A stretch of DNA of 64,000 bases, from assembly GCA_900546845.1 (NCBI GenBank), contig UREK01000010.1, positions 5,040-69,039 on the forward strand, given 5' to 3'. The notes below the pieces were generated by a model. The model was not told the DNA's origin. It ran no database searches and was given only the letters and a program-made list of their open reading frames with translations. Both the position numbers and the translations under genes were made by a program. Numbering within the stretch: the first letter of the stretch is position 1; every line of letters begins with the position of its first letter. This document shows positions 10,093 through 20,262 of the stretch, piece after piece. Source of the stretch: an uncultured Eubacteriales bacterium. GTDB taxonomy: Bacteria > Bacillota > Clostridia > Christensenellales > CAG-138.

Positions 10093-11310
10093 TCAGCTCA
10101 GCTTCAGCAGCGTCGTTGTCTCCGCAGCGGGATCGTTGAGCAGCTTGTGCATGTCCTCAATGATGCCGGCGATCGCGGCGGTGGACTGGGTGAAATGCGG
10201 CGCGGTGATAAACACGTTGCCATCCTTCACGGCCTTGAAGTCGGCAAAGAGCGGGTTGTATTCGATCATATCGGCGATCGAGTTGAACTTCTGCGCGAAG
10301 TTGACATAGAACAGGTAGTCCGCGTCGATGCAGCGGGCGTATACGTCTTCAAACGTGGTGTTCAGGTTGCCCGTCTTTTCGGGGTTCACATCCGCCATGA
10401 TGTAGTTGCCGCCGGCCATGCCGATCATCTGGGCCATATAGTCGCCGCCGTTGCGGGCATAGACCTCGCCGGAGCTGGAGCTGATGTAGAACATGGCGAC
10501 GGTCTTGTCCGTCTTGTCCGCAGAGGTCACGGCTTCCACCTTTTCAACCTGCTCGTTGAAGTAGGCGGCGGCTTCCTCATCCATGCCCATGACCGCGCCG
10601 AAGAGCTTTACCCATTCCACGCGGCCGAGGGGATGCCCTTCGCGCGAGGAGGATTCGATGAGGTAGGGGATGCCGAGCTCGTCGTATTTGGCCAGCACCT
10701 CGGGGTAGCCCTCGATCATGGTGGTGTCGACCTCAAGCTGGATGCCTTCCGCGGTGAGCATCTCGAAATCCGGCTCGCGGTATTTGCCGGAGAATTTGAT
10801 CTCCCCGTTTTCGAGCTTTGCGATCACGTTGTCAAGATACCAGCCGCTCACGTCCGTGCCGACCGTCGCAATGTTATCGAGGCCGTTGATCGCGTCTATG
10901 AGGGAGACCATGCCGGTGCTGCACATGGTGATCTTGTTGATGGGCTGCTGCAGCACGATCACGTTGTCCGCGAGGTCCGCGGGCACGCTCTTGCCCTCGG
11001 GCACGATCAGGAACTCTTTGTCGGGGTGGCAGACCGCGGTGAACATCGTGTAGCCGCCCTGGTAGCGGGTCATCGTGAACTGCTCAGCGTAAAGGAGCTC
11101 CTCCTCGTGATCGAGGATCAGTTCGCCGTCCACATCGGCAGGGTCGGGAGTTTCCACAGGGGCCTCGGTTTGGGCGGGGGATTCGGTTTCTGCGGGCTTG
11201 TCCGTCGGAACCGGCTCGTTCGTATTGGAGGGCGCGGCGCAGGCGGCAAGGGCGCATACCATGACCAAAGCGAGCAGCAGGGCCAGGAGCTTTTTGACAC
11301 AGTGTTTCAT
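10093..11310 (-). CDS. ABC substrate-binding lipoprotein (Peripla_BP_2-like, siderophore/corrinoid class)
   Basis: Signal peptide with lipobox (LVMVCALAAC), then a Pro/Thr/Glu-rich linker, then a binding-protein fold. It is the first gene after the riboswitch. Confidence 0.85.
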   Translation of the reverse strand: MKHCVKKLLALLLALVMVCALAACAAPSNTNEPVPTDKPAETESPAQTEAPVETPDPADVDGELILDHEEELLYAEQFTMTRYQGGYTMFTAVCHPDKEFLIVPEGKSVPADLADNVIVLQQPINKITMCSTGMVSLIDAINGLDNIATVGTDVSGWYLDNVIAKLENGEIKFSGKYREPDFEMLTAEGIQLEVDTTMIEGYPEVLAKYDELGIPYLIESSSREGHPLGRVEWVKLFGAVMGMDEEAAAYFNEQVEKVEAVTSADKTDKTVAMFYISSSSGEVYARNGGDYMAQMIGMAGGNYIMADVNPEKTGNLNTTFEDVYARCIDADYLFYVNFAQKFNSIADMIEYNPLFADFKAVKDGNVFITAPHFTQSTAAIAGIIEDMHKLLNDPAAETTTLLKLS

Positions 11311-11443
11311 TGCAGTTTCATTTCCTTTCCTGAAAATCGGAAACCGACCGTTCCGGAATCACTTGCGTCCCGCCCGCGTCCTCGGACCGCGCGGGGAATT
11401 CGGCAGACAGGTTGTAAGAACCGGGAAGAAGAGAGGAACCATT

Positions 11444-11480
11444 CAAACAAAAGAACGACAGAGGCCCAAAGCCTCTGCCG
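11444..11480 (-). terminator. intrinsic terminator (riboswitch expression platform)
   Basis: Minus strand reads CGGCAGAGG-cuuuggg-CCUCUGUCG followed by UUCUUUUGUUUG. It lies between the aptamer and the binding-protein start codon. Confidence 0.75.
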
Positions 11481-11519
11481 GTTGAATCGCACAGAAAATA
11501 CGCGCTGCCAAGCGGCAGC

Positions 11520-11705
11520 GGGTTGCTTCTTACTCTCCCACCGAAAGTGATTGCAATGCGGCTCAGCAGGTCTCCTGACTTAACATCATTCGGTACGCTT
11601 CGCCTTCCCGGCAATCTCCCAGTGGCAAATCCAAGCGCCCGTCCGTATCACAGTAGCGGGGGCTGTCACGGTTTTTCACCGTGTTCCCTTTTAAAACGCC
11701 CGATC
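11520..11705 (-). promoter_or_regulatory. cobalamin (AdoCbl) riboswitch aptamer
   Basis: The reverse complement contains AAAGGGAACACGGTGAAAAACCGTGACAGCCCCCGCTACTGTGA and GCCACTGGG. The B12 box AGTCAGGAGACCTGC is at 11566..11580. Confidence 0.9.
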
Positions 11706-11759
11706 AAACGATCAATTCGTTACTGCTCCGCAATGAAACGATATTTAATTTCCAAGAGA

Positions 11760-11788
11760 ATACTACTCTATTTTGCCGTTTCTGTCAA
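11760..11788 (-). promoter_or_regulatory. candidate sigma-A promoter of the riboswitch operon
   Basis: Minus strand has TTGACA, a 17-nt spacer and TAGTAT. Confidence 0.5.
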
Positions 11789-11827
11789 CACAGTTATTTC
11801 CATATATACCTGAAAAGAAGGGGGAGC

Positions 11828-11851
11828 GGCGGCGCTTTACGAAGCGCCGCC
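11828..11851 (-). terminator. terminator hairpin after the DUF1667 gene
   Basis: GGCGGCGCTT-tacg-AAGCGCCGCC, followed on the minus strand by a T-rich stretch. Confidence 0.6.
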
Positions 11852-11873
11852 AGGCTGCATGGAACGCCGAAGC

Positions 11874-12230
11874 TCAGCGTTCCATTTCATCCGCAGCGAC
11901 AACGTTCACGCCCGTATTGCAGACGTTTTCGAGGATCACATCGCCGATGTGAACCGGCGGCCGGGCTTCTATCCCACGGAGCGCGGCAAGGCAGCCGAAC
12001 ACCAGGCGCTTTTCGATGGGCGCGGCCGTCTTGACCGGGAGGGGGCGCGCCGTGCCTTGGACGCGTACGAGCGCCGTCACCATGCGCTTGGGGTTGGTGA
12101 GCTCCTCGCGGGCATAGCGCGCGCCCACAGCGCAGCCGTTGCCCGTGACTTCCGTGACTTCCTTGCCGTTGAACTCCGCTATGAGGCGGCAGCCCATCGG
12201 GCAGCCGATGCAAGTCAGCTCGCGTTTCAT
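11874..12230 (-). CDS. DUF1667 domain protein (third component of the clostridial glycerol-3-phosphate dehydrogenase-like trio)
   Basis: MKRELTCIGCPMGC...TGNGCAVG Cys motifs. ATGA overlap with the upstream oxidoreductase gene. Confidence 0.8.
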   Translation of the reverse strand: MKRELTCIGCPMGCRLIAEFNGKEVTEVTGNGCAVGARYAREELTNPKRMVTALVRVQGTARPLPVKTAAPIEKRLVFGCLAALRGIEARPPVHIGDVILENVCNTGVNVVAADEMER

Positions 12231-13489
12231 GCGCCCACCTCCTCGATTGCGACCGTAAGCGCGCCCTCGCCTTGCGCGAAAGCTTCTTGTTTCACCGTGA
12301 TCTCCGCCATCTCGCCGGGCGCAAGGATGCGCGCACGCTTTGCGGCAAGCTGCTCCCCGCCGCGGGTGACGGTGATGCGCGCATTCCGATAGACCGCGCG
12401 CGGGCGGAATAGGAACGTCACGTCCATCTGCGGCTTTTCGGAAAGCGTCTCCGGCACGAGCGCGGAAACACCGTTCCCGGCGATGACGGGCATGCGCGCT
12501 CCGTCCGGGCCTTCCCCGCGCAGGAAGCGGGCCGCCATCGCGCCCGCGCGCGCGGCTTCCGCTGAGACGAAATCCACCAGATCATGCACGTGCAGCACGT
12601 TCCCGCAGGAGAACACGCCGGGCACGCTCGTTGCGAGCGTCTCATCCACCACGGGGCCGTTCGTCGCCGGGGAAAGCGCCACGCCCGCCATCGCGGAAAG
12701 CTCGTTTTCCGGGATAAGGCCGACCGAGAGCAGTAACGTATCGCATGCGAGCTCCCGCTCCGTGCCGGGGATGGGGTTCTTCGCCGCGTCCACCTCTGCG
12801 ATCGTCACGCCCGTGAGGCGTTCCCGGCCGTGGACGTCCACGACGGTATGGTTGAACAGCAGCGGGATGCCATAATCGTCCAAACACTGCACGATATTGC
12901 GCCTGAGGCCGGAGGAATAAGGCATGATCTCCACGCAGGCGAGCACCTCCGCGCCGGAGAACGTCATCCGCCGCGCCATGATGAGCCCGATGTCGCCAGA
13001 GCCGAGGATCACGACCCGCTTGCCGGGCATGCGCCCTTCGAGGTTCACGAGCTTCTGCGCTGTGCCCGCGGTGAAGATGCCCGCGCAGCGCCAGCCGGGC
13101 GTGCCGAGCGCGCCGCGGGGCCGCTCCCGGCAGCCCATGGCGAGGATGACCGCCCCCGCCTCCACGGCAACGATCCCCTCCGCGCGGCTTACGTAAACCG
13201 CCCTGCGCTCCGGGGAGAGGGAGATGACCATCGCCCCGCACGCATAGGGGATGTTAAGCTCCCGCACGCGGGCAATATAGCGCGCCGCGTATTCGGGGCC
13301 AGTCAGCTCCTCCTGAAACGTATGCAGGCCGAAGCCGTTGTGGATGCACTGGCGGAGGATGCCGCCGAGCGCGTCCTCCCGCTCAAGGATCAGGAGGTTT
13401 TCCACGCCCGCCTCGCGCGCGGCACAGGCCGCGGCAAGCCCCGCCGGGCCGCCGCCGATGATGAGAAGGTCAACGCGTTTCGTTTTCAT
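12227..13489 (-). CDS. NAD(P)/FAD-dependent pyridine nucleotide-disulfide-family oxidoreductase
   Basis: Two dinucleotide folds: DLLIIGGGPAGLAAA and VVILGSGDIGLIMA. Confidence 0.85.
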   Translation of the reverse strand: MKTKRVDLLIIGGGPAGLAAACAAREAGVENLLILEREDALGGILRQCIHNGFGLHTFQEELTGPEYAARYIARVRELNIPYACGAMVISLSPERRAVYVSRAEGIVAVEAGAVILAMGCRERPRGALGTPGWRCAGIFTAGTAQKLVNLEGRMPGKRVVILGSGDIGLIMARRMTFSGAEVLACVEIMPYSSGLRRNIVQCLDDYGIPLLFNHTVVDVHGRERLTGVTIAEVDAAKNPIPGTERELACDTLLLSVGLIPENELSAMAGVALSPATNGPVVDETLATSVPGVFSCGNVLHVHDLVDFVSAEAARAGAMAARFLRGEGPDGARMPVIAGNGVSALVPETLSEKPQMDVTFLFRPRAVYRNARITVTRGGEQLAAKRARILAPGEMAEITVKQEAFAQGEGALTVAIEEVGA

Positions 13490-13491
13490 GT

Positions 13492-14943
13492 TTATCCCTC
13501 CGCCTTGCCGCCGAACAGGTCGGATTCAAGGTAACGGCTTTCGCCGCCGCATTTGGTGATGGAAAGCTCCGGCGCGGCCAATTCCTCCGCCAGCAGCTCC
13601 AGCGTCCGGGGCAGGCAGAAGCCCGCCTGGCAGCGCCCCATGCCCGCGCGGGTGCGCCGCTTGACGCCATCCACCGTGCGCGCGCCCACGGGCCTGCGGA
13701 TCGCCGCGCGGATCTCCGCCTCGGTCACAAGCTCGCAGCGGCAGACGATCTTCGCATAATCCGGGTCCCGGGCGATGGCCGCTTCACGCTGCGCGTCCGT
13801 CATGTCCCGGAATTTCGGGATGCCGGGGCGGATGGGATTAAAGGCCGGGTTCGGCCTTGCGCCGAGGCGCTCCGCGACCGCCTGCGCAAGGAATTCGCCG
13901 AGGGCGGGCGCGGCCGAAAGGCCGGGCGATTCCACACCGAGCGCGTTGAAGAACAGCGGCGCGTCCGCGGGTTCGCCGAGGATGAAATCATCCGTTTCCG
14001 CATGCGCGCGCACGCCCGCATACGTCGTGATGAACGCGCGCGCCGGGAGCGCGGGCCAGGAGCGCTTCGCGCGTTCGAGCACGCGGGCAAGCCCGGCGGC
14101 CGTGGTGCGCGTATCATCCTTGTCCGGGATGTCGTCCGCCGTGGGGCCGATGAGGATAGTGCCGTCCACCGTCGGGGCGATGAGCACGCCCTTGCCCATC
14201 GCCGTGGGCAGTTGGAAGATGGTGGAGCGGAATGCATCCCGGTAATTCTTATCCACGATGTAGTATTCGCCGCGGCGGGCGGTGATAGAGTGCTTCTCTT
14301 CGGAAACCATGTTATTGAACTCCGCTGAATGCACGCCCGTGCAGTTGACGACCGCGCGCGCCGTGAACTCCCCGCGCCCGGTCTCAACCCGCCAGCCGCC
14401 TGCCGCGTTGCGGGCGACGGCCGTCACCGGCGTTTCCCGAAAGAAGGCGACGCCGTTTTGCGCGGCGTTTTCCGCATAGGCGACGGTCAGCTCATACGGG
14501 CAGACGATGCCGCCTGTGGGCACATCGAGCGCCGCGCAAGCCTCCGGGTTCAGGTTCGGCTCACGGGCGAGCAGCGCTTCCCGCCCGAGGATGGCGAGAC
14601 CCTTCACGCCGTTCGCCTCCCCGCGCCGCTTGAGTTCCATAAGCACCGGAAGTCCGCCCTCCTCAAACGAGACGACGAGCGACCCGTTGCGGGAAAATGG
14701 CACGGAAAGCTCCTTCGTGATGCGCTCGAACATCGCGTTGCCGCGCACGTTGAACTTCGCCTTGTTGGAGCCGGGCGCGGCGTCGTACCCGCCATGGACG
14801 ATCGCGGTATTGGCCTTGCTTTGGCCGTTGCAAACGTCCGCGGTCTTTTCGAGCAGGGCGACGGAAAGGTCGTAGCGCGCAAGCTCGCGTGCCACGGCGC
14901 AGCCCACCATGCCGCCGCCGATGAGGATCACGTCATAAAACAT
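13492..14943 (-). CDS. glpA: FAD-dependent glycerol-3-phosphate dehydrogenase/oxidase-like protein with C-terminal BFD-like [2Fe-2S] domain
   Basis: YDVILIGGGMVGCAVA FAD fold. The C-terminus is CRCELVTEAEIRAAI...GMGRCQAGFC. Start moved to ATG 14943, 9 nt after GGTGGAG; the track uses an upstream GTG. Confidence 0.8.
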   Translation of the reverse strand: MFYDVILIGGGMVGCAVARELARYDLSVALLEKTADVCNGQSKANTAIVHGGYDAAPGSNKAKFNVRGNAMFERITKELSVPFSRNGSLVVSFEEGGLPVLMELKRRGEANGVKGLAILGREALLAREPNLNPEACAALDVPTGGIVCPYELTVAYAENAAQNGVAFFRETPVTAVARNAAGGWRVETGRGEFTARAVVNCTGVHSAEFNNMVSEEKHSITARRGEYYIVDKNYRDAFRSTIFQLPTAMGKGVLIAPTVDGTILIGPTADDIPDKDDTRTTAAGLARVLERAKRSWPALPARAFITTYAGVRAHAETDDFILGEPADAPLFFNALGVESPGLSAAPALGEFLAQAVAERLGARPNPAFNPIRPGIPKFRDMTDAQREAAIARDPDYAKIVCRCELVTEAEIRAAIRRPVGARTVDGVKRRTRAGMGRCQAGFCLPRTLELLAEELAAPELSITKCGGESRYLESDLFGGKAEG

Positions 14944-14993
14944 AGGATCTATCTCCACCTTTTATTTAGGAAATTTAGGGGGTGCTGTGTTCC

Positions 14994-15368
14994 GGCAGCG
15001 GGAACAATCCCCCGTCATGGCTTGCGCCGTTTCTCGCGGCAGTTCGTAGTGGCCGCGCGGGTAAGGCAATCCTCAGTCAGCGCTCGCGCGCTGACAGCTC
15101 CTTTGCCAAAGGAGCCTTTTGGTCTGTGTGCTTTCGAGCGGCACCCGTATACGGAAAAATGTTGGGGTGAACCACTTCCAAACGCCCCCTTTCTGAAAGG
15201 AGGTGGCACAGCGTAAGCCGTGACAGAGGATTGCCGTATACAGAATCCGTTGGAGTTCACCACTTCCAAACGCCCCCTTTTTGAAAGGGGGTGGCAGCGC
15301 GCTAGCGCTGACGGGGGATTGCCGTATACGGAAACCCGTCAGAGTTTACCGTTCCCAAAAGCCTCCCC
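14994..15368. repeat. BIME/REPIN-like array of ~88-nt hairpin units (family B), locus 1
   Basis: There are two forward units: ggcaatcc..gtcaNNgc..gcg plus hairpin GCTCCTTTGccAAAGGAGC. Two tandem inverted units follow (15155..15243 and 15244..15331; CCCCCTTTnnGAAAGGGGG ... gtgacNgNggattgccgtatac). A partial third unit abuts the glpK stop. The array is homologous to 49671..49958. Confidence 0.8.
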
Positions 15369-17019
<1,651 letters not shown>

Positions 17020-17098
17020 CAGGGAATGGGCTTGACATTGCCCGTGCGCCGGGGTAGTCTAATTTTTGAAAAGAAGCGGATAAGCGGGAGGGAACGCC

Positions 17099-17665
17099 AT
17101 GCAAAACGCCATTGCGGAAAAGCTCAGCGAAAACCCGGTGATCGCGGCGGTTGCGGAGCCGGAATGCCTGCCGCATGCGCTTGCGAGCGACTGCACCGTC
17201 GTGTTCCTCCTCGCGGGGGACATCCTCAACATCGGCGCGATGGTGGACGCGGTGAAAGGCGCGGGCAAGGCCGCAATGGTGCACCTTGACCTCATCGAGG
17301 GCCTTTCCGGCAGGGAGATCGCCGTGGATGCGATCCACGCCATGACCCGCGCGGACGGCATCATCTCCACTCGGGCCGCGCAGATCAAGCGTGCGCGCCA
17401 GCTTGGGCTTACAACCATCCAGCGCGGCTTCCTGCTGGATTCGCGCTCCGTGCGCAGCTTGCAGGCGCAGGCCGCGCAGGGGAGGCCGGACTATGTGGAG
17501 ATCCTACCCGGCCTCATCCCGCGCGTGATCGGGGAGCTTTCCCGGAGCATGAACGCGCCCATCATCGCGGGCGGGCTCATCAAGAGCAAGGAGGAGGTCG
17601 TCGCGGCGCTCAGCGCGGGCGCGGTAGCCGTCTCCACCACGGCGGAGGCCGTCTGGGCGCTTTAG
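17099..17665 (+). CDS. glpP: glycerol uptake operon antiterminator
   Basis: The 188-aa sequence (PVIAAV...VFLLAGDI...VHLDLIEGL...ISTRAAQIKRARQLGL...IQRGFLLDS...EILPG) matches the GlpP family. It is divergent from glpK. Confidence 0.85.
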   Translation: MQNAIAEKLSENPVIAAVAEPECLPHALASDCTVVFLLAGDILNIGAMVDAVKGAGKAAMVHLDLIEGLSGREIAVDAIHAMTRADGIISTRAAQIKRARQLGLTTIQRGFLLDSRSVRSLQAQAAQGRPDYVEILPGLIPRVIGELSRSMNAPIIAGGLIKSKEEVVAALSAGAVAVSTTAEAVWAL

Positions 17666-17826
17666 ATCCCCCGGATGATCGAATCCATCTCCTCGCGCGA
17701 ACGCGCGCGCCGCGCCCGCTGGATCAGCGCGTCCTTCGCGGCTGGGGAAAGCCGCGCGAAGCGTTCCATCGCCTCCATATCCTGCGAAAGGGACATCAAA
17801 AACCCGATCGGCACTTCAGAACTCAT
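17662..17826 (-). CDS. small hypothetical protein (54 aa; below the ORF-track cutoff)
   Basis: GGGAGGATATAAGGATTT precedes the ATG. Translation is MSSEVPIGFLMSLSQDMEAMERFARLSPAAKDALIQRARRARSREEMDSIIRGI. It lies directly downstream of the hydrolase gene, and its 3' end overlaps the glpP stop by 4 nt. Confidence 0.5.
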   Translation of the reverse strand: MSSEVPIGFLMSLSQDMEAMERFARLSPAAKDALIQRARRARSREEMDSIIRGI

Positions 17827-17898
17827 AAATCCTTATATCCTCCCAAAAGAAATCCATAGGGGAAGTATGCGCAGCTTGGCCGCGCCGCATGCCCGGCG

Positions 17899-18861
17899 TC
17901 AGGCTCCCTCCGGAGCGCCGTGCCGCCGCAGGAAGGCGAGCAGCGCCGCCTCGCAGCGCTCCCGTTCCACGAGGTAGGAAAGGCCGTGCCCGGCTTCCGG
18001 TACGAGGAAAAGCTCCTTTTCCGCAGCGCAGGCGGCGTAGTTTTCCCGCGTCATCGCCGGAGGGACGAAATCGTCCTTCTCCCCGTGCGTAAAGAACACG
18101 GGGATACTTTTGTTCCGGCGCATCGCCTCCACGGCGGAGCAAGCGTCGTACCGCCAGCCGCCGAAAAGCCCGGAGAAGGCGCTCGAAAGCCGCAGCACAA
18201 ACGCGGGGCAGCTCCCGAGCACCTGCCGCGCGACGGAGCCGATGATCGCCATTGGCGAAGTGAAGCCGCAATCCGCGATCACGCCGCGCACGTTTTCCGG
18301 CAGCGGCAGCGCCGTGGCCATGAGCACCGTCGTCGCGCCCATGGAAATGCCGCTCAGGAACAGCGGCAGCGCCGTGCCGAAGCGCCCGGCGGCATATTCC
18401 GCCCAGAGGCGGCAATCCTCACGCTCCTTTACACCGAATGTAATGTATTTTCCCTCGCTCGCCCCACAAGCGCGCTCGTCCGGCAGGACGATATGGTATC
18501 CGTTTTCATGATAAAACCGCAGCACGCAGGAAAAATCCCGCACGCCCGTGGCGCGGTAGCCATGCATGAGGAGGATCGTCCCCACGGCGTTTTCGCACGG
18601 CAGCACCTGTGCCGCAAGGCGAAGCCCGTCCGCGGAAACGATGGAAACGGCCTCCGGCCCCTGCGCGGCGAACCACGCGGCGCTCCGCTCCATCTCCGGA
18701 AGGAACGGGCCGTAGATATCCTGATCCAGCGGGAGCGCATCCTGCCCGGCCCGCCTGCGGGACGCAAGCAGGAACACCGCAAGCGCCGCCGCCGCCGAAA
18801 ACAGCGCTGCAAGCCCCAGGAGCGCCGCAAGCGCAATGAAAACGATCTTTATTAACTGCAT
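17899..18861 (-). CDS. membrane-anchored alpha/beta hydrolase
   Basis: N-terminal TM helix, HGY...GISMGA nucleophile elbow and C-terminal FTHGEKDDFV...GHG. Start set to ATG 18861 behind GGGGGAAAG. Confidence 0.8.
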   Translation of the reverse strand: MQLIKIVFIALAALLGLAALFSAAAALAVFLLASRRRAGQDALPLDQDIYGPFLPEMERSAAWFAAQGPEAVSIVSADGLRLAAQVLPCENAVGTILLMHGYRATGVRDFSCVLRFYHENGYHIVLPDERACGASEGKYITFGVKEREDCRLWAEYAAGRFGTALPLFLSGISMGATTVLMATALPLPENVRGVIADCGFTSPMAIIGSVARQVLGSCPAFVLRLSSAFSGLFGGWRYDACSAVEAMRRNKSIPVFFTHGEKDDFVPPAMTRENYAACAAEKELFLVPEAGHGLSYLVERERCEAALLAFLRRHGAPEGA

Positions 18862-18980
18862 GATACTTTCCCCCAAAATCCCCTGTTTTTGCATAGTATA
18901 GCACGGCGCGCGGTGTGTGCGGGCACTCGGCGTGCGAATTCATACGAATTTTCCATTTGGGATTTCCCAAATATTCGCTC

Positions 18981-19021
18981 TTGACATTTTGCACATACTG
19001 TATATACTGTAAATATACAGT
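18981..19021 (+). promoter_or_regulatory. promoter with overlapping palindromic operator of the GntR-ABC operon
   Basis: TTGACA, a 16-nt spacer and TATACT. The inverted repeat ACTGTATAT-N7-ATATACAGT (18997..19021) overlaps the -10 element. Confidence 0.6.
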
Positions 19022-19039
19022 TGAGCAAGGAGGAACCCC

Positions 19040-19423
19040 GTGCAGCTTTCCATCGACAACCGGAGCGACCGGCCGATTTATGAGCAGATCGCGGAGCAGA
19101 TCAAGGCGCAGATCATCAGCGGCGCGCTGACGGAGGACACGCTCCTGCCCTCCATCCGCAGCCTGGCGAAGGACCTGCGCATCAGCGTCATCACGACCAA
19201 GCGCGCTTACGAGGAGCTGGAGCGGGCAGGCTTCATCTATACCGTCGCGGCGAAGGGCTCCTTCGTGGCGCGGCGCAACGTGGAGCTTTTGCGGGAGGAA
19301 AATTTGAAGAAGATCGAGGCGCACCTCAAGGAGGCGCTCGCGCTTGCCGCGTCCTGCCGGCTTACGCGGGAATCGCTCTCTGAGATGCTGTGCGTGCTGG
19401 ACGAGGAGGGATACTGGAAATGA
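19040..19423 (+). CDS. GntR-family (YtrA-like) transcriptional regulator
   Basis: PIYEQIAEQIKAQIISGAL...LPSIRSLAKDLRISVITTKRAYEELE winged-helix motif. Short (127 aa), as in the YtrA subfamily. GTG start after AAGGAGG. Confidence 0.85.
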   Translation: MQLSIDNRSDRPIYEQIAEQIKAQIISGALTEDTLLPSIRSLAKDLRISVITTKRAYEELERAGFIYTVAAKGSFVARRNVELLREENLKKIEAHLKEALALAASCRLTRESLSEMLCVLDEEGYWK

Positions 19424-20262
19424 ACGCATTGGAAGTGCGGGGCGCGGGCAAGCGCTACAAGGGCTTCGTGCTCGAGAACGTGAGCTTCGCGCTGCCGGAG
19501 GGCTGCATCCTTGGCCTGATCGGGGAAAACGGCGCGGGCAAGACGACGCTTATCAAGCTGCTGCTCGGGATGATCGAGGGCGAGGGGGAACTCCGCGTGC
19601 TCGGGAAGGACGTGCGCCGGGAAGGGACCGCCATCCGCCAGGAGGTCGGCGTGGTGCTTGACGAGGCGAGCTTCCCGGGGAGCCTCAGCGCGAGGCAGGT
19701 GAACAAGGTGCTCCGGGACGCTTACGTAAATTGGCGGGAGGACGAATTCTTCCGCCTCCTCAAACGCCTTGCCCTGCCGGAACGCAAGCCGTTCAAGGAG
19801 TTTTCCCGGGGCATGAAGATGAAGCTCGCTATCGCGGCCGCGCTTTCGCACGAGGCGAAGCTCCTGATCCTCGACGAGCCGACGGGCGGGCTCGACCCCA
19901 TCGTGCGGGATGAAATCCTCGATTTGTTCTACGAGTTTACGCGGGACGCCGGGCATTCCATCCTGATCTCATCCCATATCGTGACGGACCTGGAGAAGCT
20001 GTGCGACTATGTCGCCTTCCTCCACAGGGGGAGGCTGCTGTTCATGGACGAGAAGGACGCGCTGCTCGAGCGCTACGGCGTGGTGCGCTGCACAAAGGCG
20101 GAATGCGCCGCGCTTGCGCCGGGCGCGGTGCGCGGCATGCGCGAGGGGCCCTACGGTGTGGAGGCGCTGTGCGAACGCGCGCTTTTGCCCCAGGGTGTTG
20201 CCTGCGCGCGGCCTTCCATGGAGGATGTGATCGTGTTCCTGGCAAAGGAGGGGACAAAATGA
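19420..20262 (+). CDS. ABC transporter ATP-binding protein
   Basis: Walker A GENGAGKTT, signature SRGMKMK and Walker B LLILDEPTGGLD. ATGA overlap with the GntR gene. Confidence 0.9.
   Translation: MNALEVRGAGKRYKGFVLENVSFALPEGCILGLIGENGAGKTTLIKLLLGMIEGEGELRVLGKDVRREGTAIRQEVGVVLDEASFPGSLSARQVNKVLRDAYVNWREDEFFRLLKRLALPERKPFKEFSRGMKMKLAIAAALSHEAKLLILDEPTGGLDPIVRDEILDLFYEFTRDAGHSILISSHIVTDLEKLCDYVAFLHRGRLLFMDEKDALLERYGVVRCTKAECAALAPGAVRGMREGPYGVEALCERALLPQGVACARPSMEDVIVFLAKEGTK

Noticed and set aside
14994-15368. Possible CRISPR array, considered because of the repeated ~88-nt units.
   Set aside because: The units are contiguous or inverted with no unique spacers. They are far longer than CRISPR repeats and hairpin-rich. 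No cas genes are in the window.
18506-19429. 307-aa minus-strand ORF spanning the GntR promoter and gene.
   Set aside because: It is antisense to a clear GntR regulator and crosses an AT-rich promoter region. The composition is not protein-like.
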